A stretch of DNA of 64,000 nt from positions 37,076,001-37,140,000 of the forward strand of contig NC_043002.1 in assembly GCF_006345805.1 (NCBI RefSeq), given 5' to 3'. Numbering within the stretch: position 1 is the stretch's first letter; every line of letters starts with the position of its first letter. The translations under genes were made by a program, and so were the position numbers. This DNA comes from Octopus sinensis (taxonomy: Eukaryota). Shown piece by piece: positions 13,931 through 27,230 of this stretch. The notes under the pieces are model-generated. The model ran no database searches. It saw only the letters and a list, made by a program, of their open reading frames with translations, and was not told the origin of the DNA.

Positions 13931-14444
13931 TAAATGCGCCCTTTTAAAGTCTAGCCGGGTTCATAGGCATGGTTTCCTGGTTTCAATGGTGTATGTGTTC
14001 CCCAGTTGGACGGGACATCAGTCCTTCACAGCGTTACTGAGTTTTGCCAGCTGAGTGGACTGGAGCAATGTGATATGAAGTGTTTTGCTCAAGAACACAA
14101 CACGTCACCTGGTCCAGGAATCGAAACCACAATCTTATGATCATGATGCTAACACCCTAACCTCTAAGCCATGTGCCTCTACCTACATTTTATATAAGGT
14201 ACTTTAAATTCAAGTGTACAACTCAGATAGTGCAATAGCCCCTCAATGAAACAAAATCTGTACAATACATACTCTTTCTCATCAATACACAATACAAACA
14301 CCAACATAACCACACCCAAAATACAATGTAAATAATTCGTACAAATCCAACAGTGAAACATAACACCAGTCACACAGAACATATGAAACAACAATTCACA
14401 GCCATCAAAACACAACTCACATTGTATATATTCAATAAAGTCAC

Positions 14445-14700
14445 TGTCACCGTGACTGACCAGGCTATCAGATGTTGCTACACATCGCTGGTCACAATGC
14501 ACTTCACATAGTTTTAGCTTTCAAATGGCACCACCCTGCTGGCTAAGCGAGCAGGCCAACAGATGAAAGAGTGAGAGAAAGTTGCAGCGAAAGAGTACAG
14601 CAGGAATCGCCATCACCCCCTGCTGGAGCCTCGTAGAGCTTTAGGTGTTTTCACTCAATATACACTTACAACGCCCGGTCTGGGAATCGAAACTGCGATA
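14445..14700 (-). mobile_element. SINE family D copy
   Basis: Reverse complement of the body at 55557-55851. Confidence 0.8.
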
Positions 14701-14815
14701 TTCAATAAAGTAAATAACACTAGAAATAAGACACTCCATAATGCAGATCTGCATACCCACCCAAAAAGTGGCAATGTTTGGATGTTTTTACATTGGCAAT
14801 AATACTCTCTGGCTT

Positions 14816-15031
14816 AAGATGGTGAACTGGCATAATTTTTACCGCACTGGACAAAATGTTTAGCGGCATTTCATTCATCCATCTTTACCTTCTGAGTTCA
14901 AATTCCGCTGAGGTCGACTTTGCCTTTCATCCTTTTGGGGTTGGTGAAATAAGTACACAGTTGAGTGCTGGGGTCAATGATATCAACTTATCTCCTCTCC
15001 CAAAATTGCTGGCCTTGTGTCAAATTTTGAA
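14816..15031 (+). mobile_element. SINE family A variant
   Basis: ttctgagttcaaattcc (B-box-like) followed by gaggtcgactttgcctttcatcct. Confidence 0.75.
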
Positions 15032-15980
15032 ATCATTATTACTCCCTGGCTCACTGAATGGAAATACCTCAAGTCTGCTACCAGTTGTAGTAGACAGTTG
15101 TTACATCCATAACAAACATGTCTAGAGAAGACCACAGTCATAGTAATTTGCTTCTTGTTTGGCTCATTATTGCTTTAGTAGGCATTTTTTTTTTTGACCA
15201 ATTGGTTGACTTGTGTATTTGGTTATTTTGGTTTTTGTTTGTTTTGGTGCTGCCAAACCTATGCACATTTTTTTGGTTGTGGTGGGTCAAATCATTTACT
15301 CTGATCTACTCATCTTTGTTGCTTGCACCGTTAGGCCATTTTGAACACTTTCTGGTCATCCTTGGTATCTTCCTTATTTGAGGGATTGGGGAAAGGGTTG
15401 CTATGCCTGTAGATTTAGGTGTTTCTTCTTATTTTTGGTCTCAGCAAGAATTCTTCATGATGTATTTCATTATATTCTGTTTAGTCCACTCTGTCTGTCT
15501 TTATAATTACAGCAGAAGTTATTGTGTTGTTATTGGAGTCGCTGCTGAGACTGCAATCAGGATGTTTGTAGCAGCAGAGAAGAGGTGGCACTCTGCCTTG
15601 TCTTCTCCACATATTGAGGTGGTCTGTTTTAACACAAACATATCACTGAAGCTCTGCTTAGGTAAACTGGAGTCCTATTATTTGACTGATGCTTCCACTA
15701 TTTCCATCACACTAACCAGGTCCTGTGAGGCAGCAAATTGGGGAAATTGACTTCATTCACCCAACAAAGACCATGGGATTGCACCTAGAAAGTTACCCTC
15801 CCAGGCACAAGTCCGGGCAAGGTTGTTTATGGATGACCAGCAGTTGCCCATGCATACTGGCCTCCCTTCTCCATGCCGATAGTGTTATCCAAGGGAAAGG
15901 TAACGGCCGATACAGCTTGGCACCTGTGACGTCGCAATTCATTTCTCTAACCACTGAGCCATGCACCTTCACAGAAAGAT

Positions 15981-16098
15981 GTTTACAGCACCTAGGTTTC
16001 CCAAGCGGTCACCCATCTAAGTACTAACTAGGCTCGACTTTGCTTAACTCCAGTGATTGGACGAGAACTGGTGTTTTCAAAGTGATATGGCTGTAAAC
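15981..16098 (-). pseudogene. 5S rRNA-derived copy (118 nt)
   Basis: gtttacagccatatcactttgaaaacaccagttctcgtcc...agttaagc...ttagtacttagatgggtgaccgcttgggaaacctaggtgctgtaaac is colinear with metazoan 5S rRNA; several substitutions; no oligo-T terminator. Confidence 0.85.
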
Positions 16099-16770
16099 TA
16101 AAGTGGGAAGAAAGAGTGAGAGAAAGTTGTGTTGAAAGAGTACAGCAGGATTCATCCACCCCCACCGGAGCCTCGTGGAGCTTAGGTGCTTTTGCTCAAT
16201 AAACACTCACAATACCCAGTCTGGGAATCATAGCCACGTTCTTATGACTGCGAGTCCACTGCCTTAATCACTGGGCCATTGCGCCTCCACATTCCCCCAA
16301 CATATCACATACAGTATGGTTGTATTGAAATCTTGGGACATGCATGTGGTTGTGACCATTGTTTGTGTTTCCTGCTTAGTGCTGCAGTTCCACCATCCTA
16401 AGTGGGGAGTTAGTCAATATCACTGCCTCCTGTACAAGACAGATTCTTTATTTTACTGATTCTTGAAGGATGACTAATTCACTCTAAGAATTTGAGTTTA
16501 GAAAGTAAAGAGCCAGGAGAATGTTGCTTACCATTTTTCTGATGCGGTAATAATTCTGCTAATTCATAGCCTAAGTTTGCCAAATATTGGCATCAAAATT
16601 TGGTACAAGTCCAGCAATATTGTGGAGGGTGTAAGTCAATTACTTCAAGCCCAGTGTTCAACTAGTACTCATTTTATCACCCTCAGCAGAATTTTAACTC
16701 AGAACATAGAGAGATGAAATGCTGCTAAGCATTTTGCTTGGCATGCTAATGATTTTGCCAACTCACCACC

Positions 16771-16812
<42 letters not shown>

Positions 16813-16814
<2 letters not shown>

Positions 16815-17290
16815 TTGGTATATAAGATGGGCTACAGCAAATATTCTGCTCAATACCACAGATTTGCTTGTCAGTTGTTTGACCATAACCAGTTGAGCAT
16901 GTCCCTTAGTGGCTGACGATATGTGCATCTCTGATCACGAGCAGAAGAAGTGGGGGAGCATCATAACCATGTGTTGAGAGAGATCCTTTGGAGTTTGAAT
17001 AATTCACCTCTGGAAACATGGGTGTTTCATTCAACATCCTTAAACAACCCTTATTCAGGGACCTTTTGAGCAGGATGGGTTACTCGACCAGAAGAAAATT
17101 CTAACTGGGCCCTATCTGCAAGGTCATGTGCTGTTTATCTTGATATGAGATCACCATGTCGTGCTCATATGGTTGTGATGAATGTACCCAGTGTACCCTT
17201 ATCAGACGGGTAGTTATGATGGGTATACTGGGCTTTATATATTTTACCCCAGTGTCACATTGATGGCATGCACTCCTCTCTTACTCAATG
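16813..17290 (+). mobile_element. ~480-bp element embedded in (TAA)n
   Basis: Complex sequence with pure (TAA)n arrays directly on both sides; strand assumed from the A-rich tail. Confidence 0.5.
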
Positions 17291-17293
17291 ATG

Positions 17294-17344
<51 letters not shown>

Positions 17345-17680
17345 GTAATTTCAATAGGTAAAATACAGACATAGTGGTTGCAAATGTATATAGACTGACA
17401 AAACAAAGTTATGTATAAATGGGGGGAGGTATAAGGACGTTATTCAATGAACATTTTAAAAGTTTGGTAATGGTAACAATACTAGCAACAAGAACAATAA
17501 TAATAAAAGCAACAACAATAACAATGATAATGATGATAACGATCATGATGAGGATAATAATAACAATAATAATAATAATAATAATAATAATGATAATAAT
17601 AATAATAATAATGATAATAATAATAATGATAATAATAAGAATAATAATGATAATAATAGTGATAAGTAAATAATAATTAG
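17290..17680. repeat. (TAA)n/(ATG)n microsatellites
   Basis: Directly visible. Confidence 0.9.
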
Positions 17681-18184
17681 TGTTTTACTCACTAAGAGAC
17701 AAACATCAGACATACAAGAGAAATAAAAAATTTTATTCTATATAAAGACTAAACACATTTGATTTGCTTTCTTTTCATTTTCTCTCACACCACCCCCATC
17801 CATATTTTCTTCCATCTAGTTAACATCTCTACTTTAGAGGCATTGTGGAATAACGAAAAAACAAAAAAAAAAAAAAAAACTAGTCATAATGAAATGCTAC
17901 TGTAATCGTCCTCTTCCTCGCCGTTATAATTATTATTGCTGACATCCGGAGTGATGGTATCATCAATCAGATCTTTATTCTCATTCCTTCTCTTTATCCA
18001 TATCGCAAGTGATTATTTTTGACATTGTGAGAGATATATGAGATATCATCTAATTGATGTGCTATTGTTTTTATCACCACTATTATTAGGATATCATTAT
18101 TGTTCTATTATCATCAGGATCTGCGTGCTTTCCATCACAATGCTGACCCTCACTGCTGTGTACACCATCACCACCACCTACACC

Positions 18185-18185
<1 letters not shown>

Positions 18186-18215
<30 letters not shown>

Positions 18216-18315
18216 CACATTATATACATACACACTCACATACACACACACATACACTAAGACACATATATATGCAGATATGTATGCACATATTTATATA
18301 TATATACATATATAC

Positions 18316-18365
<50 letters not shown>

Positions 18366-18389
18366 TATATAATATATATATATACATAC

Positions 18390-18422
<33 letters not shown>

Positions 18423-18466
18423 CATACATATATATATATACACATATATATATATATATACATACA

Positions 18467-18550
<84 letters not shown>

Positions 18551-18600
18551 TATCATCATTTAGCATCCATCTGGTGATGATATATATATATATATAAATA
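18186..18600. repeat. (TA)n/(CA)n compound microsatellite
   Basis: Directly visible. Confidence 0.95.
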
Positions 18601-19189
18601 TCCACACACACAAGCATGTGCACACACACAGACACACTCACATGCAAACCCACGCAAATACACACATGCACACACATATGTATGTTTTGTTTTCAATTCA
18701 ATAAGAAATGTTTGTAAGCCACCCACAGAGGGAAGTAAATAGCTGACTTTCTTCCACATCCTTCACAGTATCATCACCATCACCACCATCATCATAATCA
18801 TTTCTCTCCCTCTCTCTCAGAAGGATGCATTAATTGAAGAAGTGAAATCTTGCAGTAGAATTTACTTTTGATTCTTATAGAAAGCTAAAACTACAAAAGC
18901 ATTTCCTACTAATGTAGCTGATCATTAAGTCATTGTCTGTCTCTCTCCGTTTCTAAAGCACTTTATCAATTGCTTTGTTTGTTTTCATGTTTCATCTACT
19001 ATATGTCTACTTATTGGTGCGTATGTCTGTCCAGCTATCATATCTGTCTGTCATCTCTCTGTCTATCAATCTGTTTATCTATCTATCTCTCTGTCTGCCT
19101 GTCTGTCTGTTTACTTGCCTAACTATGAAACTATCTTTCAATTTACCCATGAATCTACCTAGCTACTTACCAAACTACTCTTTTACTCT

Positions 19190-19590
19190 TTTATTTGTTT
19201 CAGTAATTTGACTGCGGCCATGCAGGAGCACCGCCTTTAGTCGAGCAAATTGACCTCAGGACTTATTCTTTGTCAGCCTAGTACTTATTCTATTGGTCTC
19301 TTTTGCCGAGCCGCTAAATTTGTTCCCCCAGCATCAGTTGTCAAACGATGCTGGGGGAACAAACACAGACACACAAACATATTCACACACATACATACAT
19401 GCATATATATATATATATATACACATATATACGATGAGCTTCTTTCAGTTTCCGTCCACCAAATCCACTCACAAGGCTTTGGTCAGCCCGAGGCTATAGT
19501 AGAAGACACTTGCCCAAGGTGTCATGCAGTGGGACTGAACCTAGAACCATATGGTTGGTAAGCAAGATACTTACCACGCAGCCACTCCTC
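19190..19590 (-). mobile_element. SINE family B, near full length
   Basis: Reverse complement of 27231-27612. Confidence 0.85.
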
Positions 19591-19707
19591 CACCTGTCTA
19601 CCTATCAATCTATCTACCCCTTTATCCATCTACCCATCTATCTATCTACCAACTTTTGCTCAAATTGTAAACTTTCACACTCACACACACTTACACACAA
19701 CACATGT

Positions 19708-19716
19708 AGAGAGAAG

Positions 19717-19790
<74 letters not shown>

Positions 19791-20720
19791 AGGAGAGAGA
19801 GAAAGAAAGACAGAGTGAGGGGGAGAGAGAGAGGGAGAGAAAGAGAGATACATACATATCTCCACACAGACACATACACACACATACACATAGAAATAGA
19901 AATATATTTATTCCTGCACAGCAATACATAGAAAGTGTAGCAGGCTGTGTCAAGGCACTGTCAATCAGCCCATCGTTTCTCTATCCCAGCCTTCATCTTA
20001 TCTTGTATAGCAGTAGAGAAATCGGATAAAGTCATAAGATAAGATAAGATAAAATAAGATAAAAAAAAAAATAACAGAACGTATTCAGTGCAGTATTTTC
20101 TCGCCAGATACCATTCCCAAAGTTCCACCTGCCACACAAGAGCATATACAACTCTCAGGGCACCATGTTACAGAGTGAGGTCAGGACAAACGTTGGCACT
20201 CTATCAGTTGAATTATGTAACTAAGTATGCATGTTAACTGATGATTTCTCAGCTAAACTTTGAAACCACAGCCAAGCATCAAGTTAAAACATCTTCCCAC
20301 AATTTCATCCTCATCTTAATTATCATTATCAACATCTAATTTTTCTTCTTCTCCCCCTCCTCCTCCTCCTGCCCTCCCCTCCTCACTCCTCTCTGCCTCT
20401 GTCTCCTTTTCTTTTCTTCTTCTTCTCTTTTTTTCCATCTTCTTTTCCATCATTTTCTTCTTCTTCTTCTTCTTCTTCTTCTTCTTCTTCTTCTTCTTTT
20501 CCCTCATTTACTTCTTCTTCTTCTTCTTCTTTTCCTCATTTACTTCTTCTTCTGCTTCTTCTTCTTTTCCATCATTTTCTTCCTCTTCCTCTTCTTCTTC
20601 TTCTTCTTCTTCTTCTTCTTCTTCTTCTTCTCCTCCTCCTCCTTCTTCTTCTCTTTCTTCTCCTTCTTGTTTTCCTCCTCCTACTCCTCCTTTTGCTCTT
20701 TCTCTTTTATCTCCTCCTCA
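19708..20720. repeat. (GA)n tract (19708-19850) and (CTT/CCT)n tract (20340-20720)
   Basis: Directly visible polypurine/polypyrimidine tracts. Confidence 0.9.
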
Positions 20721-21120
20721 TTCCCCTCCTCCCCCTCCCACTTTCCTATCTTACCAATTTTTTTCTTCCAGCATTACTTTTTCTATGGTTTAAATTTCTA
20801 TTCCTCGTCTTTTTTTTTCTACCTTGCCTTTTTCTTTTTCCTTTCCTATATTTTGTTTTAATAGATTCTTCCTTTACAAAAATATCTTTCCCAGCTTGTT
20901 CAAAGCAATATTCTCAAACCAAACCAACGTGATAATGCTACATTGTAATTGATATCTTGTTCTTCGCAGGACAACCGATATTTTGTGTTCTTCATTTGCT
21001 CTTAGAATATTTGGTTCATTGGTATCACATCTCTTCTGGATGCTGGTTTTCCTTGGCTGAACAGAATCATTCCACAAGATGAAAAGATATGATGATGAGA
21101 AGGGTTAGAGGGGAAAGGTA

Positions 21121-21177
<57 letters not shown>

Positions 21178-21178
<1 letters not shown>

Positions 21179-21813
21179 TAGCAGTATCGCCCAGCGTTGC
21201 CCGGGTTGTAAGGGAAATAACTATATAAGCATTTTTAGAGAGTTATAGCCAAAAAATAGCAAAAAATGCATTAAAAATGGAAGAAATATGATGGTAAATT
21301 TTTTTTAAAATCGTTGACTCATCGTAGACATTTTTAGAGAGTTACTTCCCTTATATAATAGCGAAAAAATGCATTAAAATGGAAAAAAAACGATGGTAAT
21401 TTTTTTTTTCAATCGTAGACTCATGTAGACGCTTTCTTAGCCATTTCTGTTTTGGTGTCTTCAAGCCATGAATTCGTTGTTCTAAAAGAACACTGGTCTC
21501 CTTGACAACGCATTACGACGTTGATTTCCTTACACTCCCTTCCCCACAGGTGCAGGTGTGAGCGTGGACGCCAACTCCGCCGCCATCGACACACGAAAAA
21601 TTATGCATTAAAATGGAATAAAAAATGATGTTAAATTATTTTTAAAATCGTAGACTCATCGTAGACGCGCGCTAATATTCAGACGGGCTCGATATGAATC
21701 ACGACTATAAGCTACCCGAATTTGGTTAAACTGTACCGCAAAATGTGGGAGTAGTTAGGAATCTAAATCGAAGGGGACAGACACTCACACAACTACAGTT
21801 TTATATATATAGA
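21178..21813 (-). mobile_element. Non-autonomous Helitron
   Basis: Minus strand starts TCTATATATATAAAA and ends cccgggcaacgctgggcgatactgCTAG (GC hairpin plus CTAG); inserted between A and T in (TA)n; no TSD. Confidence 0.8.
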
Positions 21814-21869
21814 TATATATAGCGCAGTAGTGGTGAGATATGACAGCAAAGAAAAGCATACATTCACTC

Positions 21870-22195
21870 TCTGCATGCAATTAGACTCGGAAAGTTCGTG
21901 AGGAACCCATTGACCCAATTTGCTGACTTTTCCGATAGCACACAGGTGTCAATGAATGGTGTTGAATGACCAAATCCAAGCTTTCTCTAGTTCCTCAACA
22001 GTTACGATGATATTTTGTTCCACCAGGGTTTTCAGGATGTCCTTGTCAAGTTCTACAGATCTTTCAGGATGAGGCTCGTCTTCTAGGCTGTAGTTTATGG
22101 CTCGGGATTTCTGGAACCACCATTGACACTGCCTTACGCTTATTGTCCAATCCCCATATACTGCATTAATATTTCTTGTACTTTGCACACATTTA
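21870..22195 (-). mobile_element. Mariner transposase fragment
   Basis: Minus strand: ISVRQCQWWFQK...LEDEPH and KVSKLGQWVPHELSES (WVPHEL motif); same family as 34187-35109. Confidence 0.8.
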
Positions 22196-22379
22196 TATTC
22201 TGTTATTCTTTTATATGTTTCAGCCTTGAGGTTGTGGCCATGCTGGATCATGTGTGTGTGTGTGGTGTGTGTCTATCTGTCTGTCTGTCTGTATGTATAT
22301 ATGCATATGTATGTGTGTGAACAATAATATTTTCAACAGATGTGTTGCAAATGTATCTGATTGTTCTCAAGCTTCAATA

Positions 22380-22530
22380 CTGTGTGTGTGTATGGTGTGT
22401 GTGTATGTATGTATGTATGTATATGTATGTATGTATGTATATGTATGTATGTATGTATGTATGTGTGTATGTATGTATGTGTGTGTGTATGTAGTGTGTA
22501 TGGAGGTGTGTGTGTGTGTATGTATGTATG

Positions 22531-22564
<34 letters not shown>

Positions 22565-22580
22565 TGTATGTATGTATGAG
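22380..22580. repeat. (TATG)n/(TG)n microsatellite
   Basis: Directly visible. Confidence 0.95.
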
Positions 22581-23060
22581 TGTATGTTTATTTTACTAAT
22601 TACTCTCTTCCAAGAACATTTTCACTCACTCTTAGCTCTTAGCTTCCCATACATTTTACTCATGTATCTATCAGCGTCATAGACAGAATACTTTCACTTT
22701 AGTCTTCCTCAAATCACTATGTCGCTATTTACTTTCATTTTATTCGTTGCCCACTGTGTGTGTGCGTTTGCGTGTGGTGTAAACCAGACTAAGAAAAGCA
22801 TTTGACACACACACCAGAATGTGAGTTTTCTGTAAATTTTGCTTAATTGGAGTTTAAATTTTAAAAACTGGACCTGGCATGACGCGATGCATTGTACTCT
22901 TAAAACTGCTAGGTAAATTGTAATTGAAGAAATCCTATATTGTAGATTTGTATAACTCCCAAAGGGAGGCAGATAAAATCTGCCTTTTATAATAAGAGAT
23001 ATATTAATAGACACACACACACACACACACACACACACCACACACACACACACACACATA

Positions 23061-23942
23061 CAGGGTACGATGGGTAAATTGTCACCATTTTATATTTTTA
23101 ATTTTGCACATGTGCAGTGTTTGCTTTTGATTTTCTTGACTACACAGTATGGTAGGGTCATTTGGGCACTCTCTGCGAGAAAAAAAGCACCATGACACAA
23201 TTCACTTTGCTAGAAATTTGGAAACAACTTGCTGTACTGCTTGGCGTTCATGCTAGAAGCTCCAATACAAATATTTCAGAGTATTTGGGAGTCAATCTGA
23301 GGAAATGCAATCTGAGGACATGTACCAAGGGTTATAAAAATCAAACATCCAGTCAACATCATAGTATTTGGAGTGATCACTAGTGATGTTGACATTATGC
23401 CTCCATTCATCTTTTCACAAAGCCTCAGACTCAACAGAGAGGTCTACACCAAGTGCCTGGAGTAGGTAGTGCTGCCCTGGGTCAAGAGGGTGGCTGCTGG
23501 AAGACCCTATGTCTGGCAACAGGACTCTGCACCATGCCTCACATTCAGGAGAACTTAGTGATAGCTGTCAGACAATTTCTGTGACTACATCACCCCTAAC
23601 ATATGGCCACCTAGCTCCTCAGACTGCAACTCACTTGATTATTATGTGTGGGGAACAGTTGAGTGAGAAACCAACAAAACTCCTTGTAACACCAAAGATG
23701 AACTGAAGGCAAGGATTATGGTAGCATTCACCAACTTAAACAAGGAGAACATCCAGAAGAGTTGCAGGAGATTCCAAAGTCGTCTGGAAGCCATGGTTGA
23801 AGTCAATGGTGATTTTATTGAATAAATTTACTCATTTCAAGATATTTTTATGTAATTTTAGTAAATATATCTGTTTAAATGAGATGTCAGTGTCATTTTC
23901 ATTTTTGCATAATTTAGATGACAGTTTTTTCACTGCACCCTG
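23061..23942 (+). mobile_element. Tc1/mariner-superfamily element (DD37D/maT-like), internally deleted
   Basis: ta|cagggtacgatgggtaaattgtcacc ... gatgacagttttttcactgcaccctg|ta gives imperfect TIRs and a TA TSD. Remnants VWQQDSAP and WPPSSSDCNSLDYYVWG. Confidence 0.8.
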
Positions 23943-23943
23943 T

Positions 23944-23988
<45 letters not shown>

Positions 23989-24059
23989 GGGGCAGGCATG
24001 GGTGTATGGTAAGAAGCTAGACATAGGTGTGGTTGTGTTGTATGAAGCTAGTTGTATGA

Positions 24060-24256
24060 AGCTGTGGCTGTGTGGTAAGAAGTTTGCTTCCCAACCACAT
24101 GGTTCCAGGTTCAGCACCACTGTGTGACACCCTGGACGTGGCACCTTGGGCGTGGCATCTTGAGCGTGGCACCTTGGGCAAGTGTCTTCTACTATAGCCT
24201 TGGGCTGACCAAAGCCTTGTAAGTAGATTTGGTAGATGGAAACTGAAAGAAGTCTG

Positions 24257-24346
<90 letters not shown>

Positions 24347-24800
24347 GCTGTGAGCTGGCAGAAACGTTAGCATGCGGGCGAAATGCGTAGCCGTATTTCG
24401 TCTGTCGTTATGTTCCGAGTTCAAATTCTGCCCAGGTCGACTTTGCCTTTCATCCTTTCGGGGTCGATAAATTAAGTACCAGTTACGCACTGGGGTCAAT
24501 GTAATCGACTTAATCCCTTTGTCTGTTCTTGTTTGTCCCCTCTGTGTTTAGCCCCTTGTGGGTAGTAAAGAAATAAATATATATATATACATTTGTATAT
24601 ATTTGTGTTTGTGTTTGTCCCCCACACCATCGTTTGACAACTGGTGCTGGTGTGTTTACATCCCCATAACTTAGCAGTTCAGCAAAAGAGACTGATAGAA
24701 TAAGTACTAGGCTTACAATCCTGGGGATTGATTTGTTCAACTAAAGGCAGTGATCCAGCAAGGCCACAGTCAAATGACTGAAACAAGGAAAAGAATTAAA
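24060..24800 (+). mobile_element. SINE family B with a family A copy (24343-24575) nested in its central microsatellite
   Basis: B 5' half at 24060-24255, then A, then B 3' half at 24595-24800 ending ccacagtcaaatgactgaaacaag. Confidence 0.85.
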
Positions 24801-24842
24801 GAATATCTATATATACATACATATATACATACATACATATAT

Positions 24843-24878
<36 letters not shown>

Positions 24879-24939
24879 TTTTCTCTAGTTTCAGCTCAGA
24901 GCTGCAGCCATGCTGATGCACCGCCGTTTTTCTCTTTTT

Positions 24940-25057
24940 GCTTACAGCACCTAGGTTTCCTAAGCGGCCACCCATCTAAGTACTAACTAGGCTTGATGTT
25001 GCTTAACTTCGGTGATTGGACGAGAACCGGTGTTTTCAACGTGATATGGCCGTATAC
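24940..25057 (-). pseudogene. 5S rRNA-derived copy (118 nt) followed by a SINE-type 3' tail
   Basis: gtatacggccatatcacgttgaaaacaccggttctcgtccaatcaccgaagttaagcaac...ctaggtgctgtaagc; internal control boxes are recognisable. Confidence 0.9.
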
Positions 25058-25106
<49 letters not shown>

Positions 25107-26124
25107 TGTATGTACACACAAGAAATTTGGAGAAAAAATCCTCATCCGTTTGTCCTTAGGAACATACCATGGTTACTAAGAAAGAGGGTTATAAATAAAG
25201 AGAGCAGAAAGATAGTAATAAAGAAAGAAAATAGAGGAATTAATGTAAAAAAAAAAAGAAGAAAGAAGTAAAGAAAAAAGGATGAGAGATAGAAGGTAAG
25301 AAAGATCATCTAGAATTTGATTTCTTTGCTTTTAGTAAAAAAATCTACCTGAAATTAGTATAGTGTTTAAAGAAGTCTTTGAAACATATCTCTAATGAGT
25401 ATCTTTTTTGAAATACATACCTTCTTTCCTATAAAACCCATTTCCTTTCTAAACGTATATATTCTTAATATTTTGCAGTTTCTTTTTGAAAACTTGATCA
25501 TATTTTTTTTTATTATTTCTTGATCATGTTTTTTTTATTATTCCCTTTGGTTCATATTTTTGGGATAATTTATTAGTTTTTGTTTTTTCTCAACTTTATA
25601 CATTCTATATTCTTTCTACACAAGCTTGGGATGGAGAATACTATAAATTTGAAATTTTTTTTGTCAATGGTATGAAGTAAGTGTTCGATAATTGGATCCA
25701 CATCATAATGTTAACTATTCAAACACAATGCAAGAAGATTTGATACAATTTGAATAAAGGCACAATGCGATGCTAGTGTCAAGATAAAATCGCATAACCT
25801 TTGTTGCAGTAATGCAGTACTTTAACTATTCTTTTGCATTGACTACTTGTTTTTTTTTTGTCCTTTACAAATTAAAAAAAAAAATAACAAGAATAAAATT
25901 GCAGTATAAAAAAAGAAATAGATCTCACAGCTCAATTATATCTCAACGATATGTAGAGAGAAAGGGAGTGAGAAAGAGAGAGAGAGGGAGAGGGAGGAAG
26001 GGTGAGAAATAGAGATTTTATTTCCGAAAACAGAAAAAAAGAGGCAATTTGGGAAAAGGGTTAGGTTCATTATGTTGTCATTGAAAATGTCTTCCAAGAT
26101 GTCACTTAAATTGATATATATAAG

Positions 26125-26256
<132 letters not shown>

Positions 26257-27230
26257 ACCAATCTATATGTAAACTTTTACTTTATAGCTGAGGAGAAGAA
26301 TGCTGCCTTTAGATAATAAAATTATAATAATGGGTGACCAATCACAGTAGGTCTACATGTTTTATATTATTGAGTTGATCTATGTATTGAAGAATGACCC
26401 TCTGCTCATCACCTATGATGCATATTATTGTCTCAGTTGTTCTGTTTAAGATTTGCAGAAATGATGAAGAGGTATGATACAATAAAACTGGGACACTGAA
26501 AATTTAGCCATGACATGAAGCTCCCTAATAACTGAAATTCTTTTCTTTTAAGCAGAAAATGGTCCCTATTCTGCATCCAGTATTTTTCTTCTTTCTTGTA
26601 AAATAGCGTATGAATGTAAATCTGCATCTTCAAATGAATTCATTCATGATTTCAATTAACCCAGTCTTTCTTTTCTATAACTTTTAACCATCTATGATAA
26701 GATATACAAGTTATAAAATAGAAAAGCAACAATTCAGGCTGATGTCAAAACTAAAGAAATACTTGGTAAAATTCTATTATTGTATGTACTCAACACTTAA
26801 TCTACTATTTGATGCCATAAAAAATATTGTGCTACAAAGCAATTTATTTGGAAGTCATTATATTAGCGACAAAGATATTTTGTTCTAAATCAAAACCTTT
26901 ATTAATAGTGAAGTAGTCTTAGCATTGTTGATGTAATAAACCAATTCAAGTTACAATGTTACTGTTGAAAATAATCATTTTCTAAATTACTAATTCTGGT
27001 AAAAAATGGCACAAGAAACTAAAATGAAATTTTTATTAAAATTAATTAAGTAAGGAAATGGAGTGCTGAGTGAGCTTGATCTTTAAATAACAGTATAAGA
27101 AAACCTCAAATATCTTTCAGTTTCACTACACCTCCTCAGCAAGCATAGCTGAACCATTACAATAGATCTTTGAATGACTGGAAAAGTATATAATCACAAT
27201 ATATATAATCATAAACAATGGTTATATATA

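Noticed and set aside
15981-25057. Functional 5S rDNA array
   Set aside because: Only two copies 9 kb apart, with unrelated flanks, substitutions and no oligo-T terminator.
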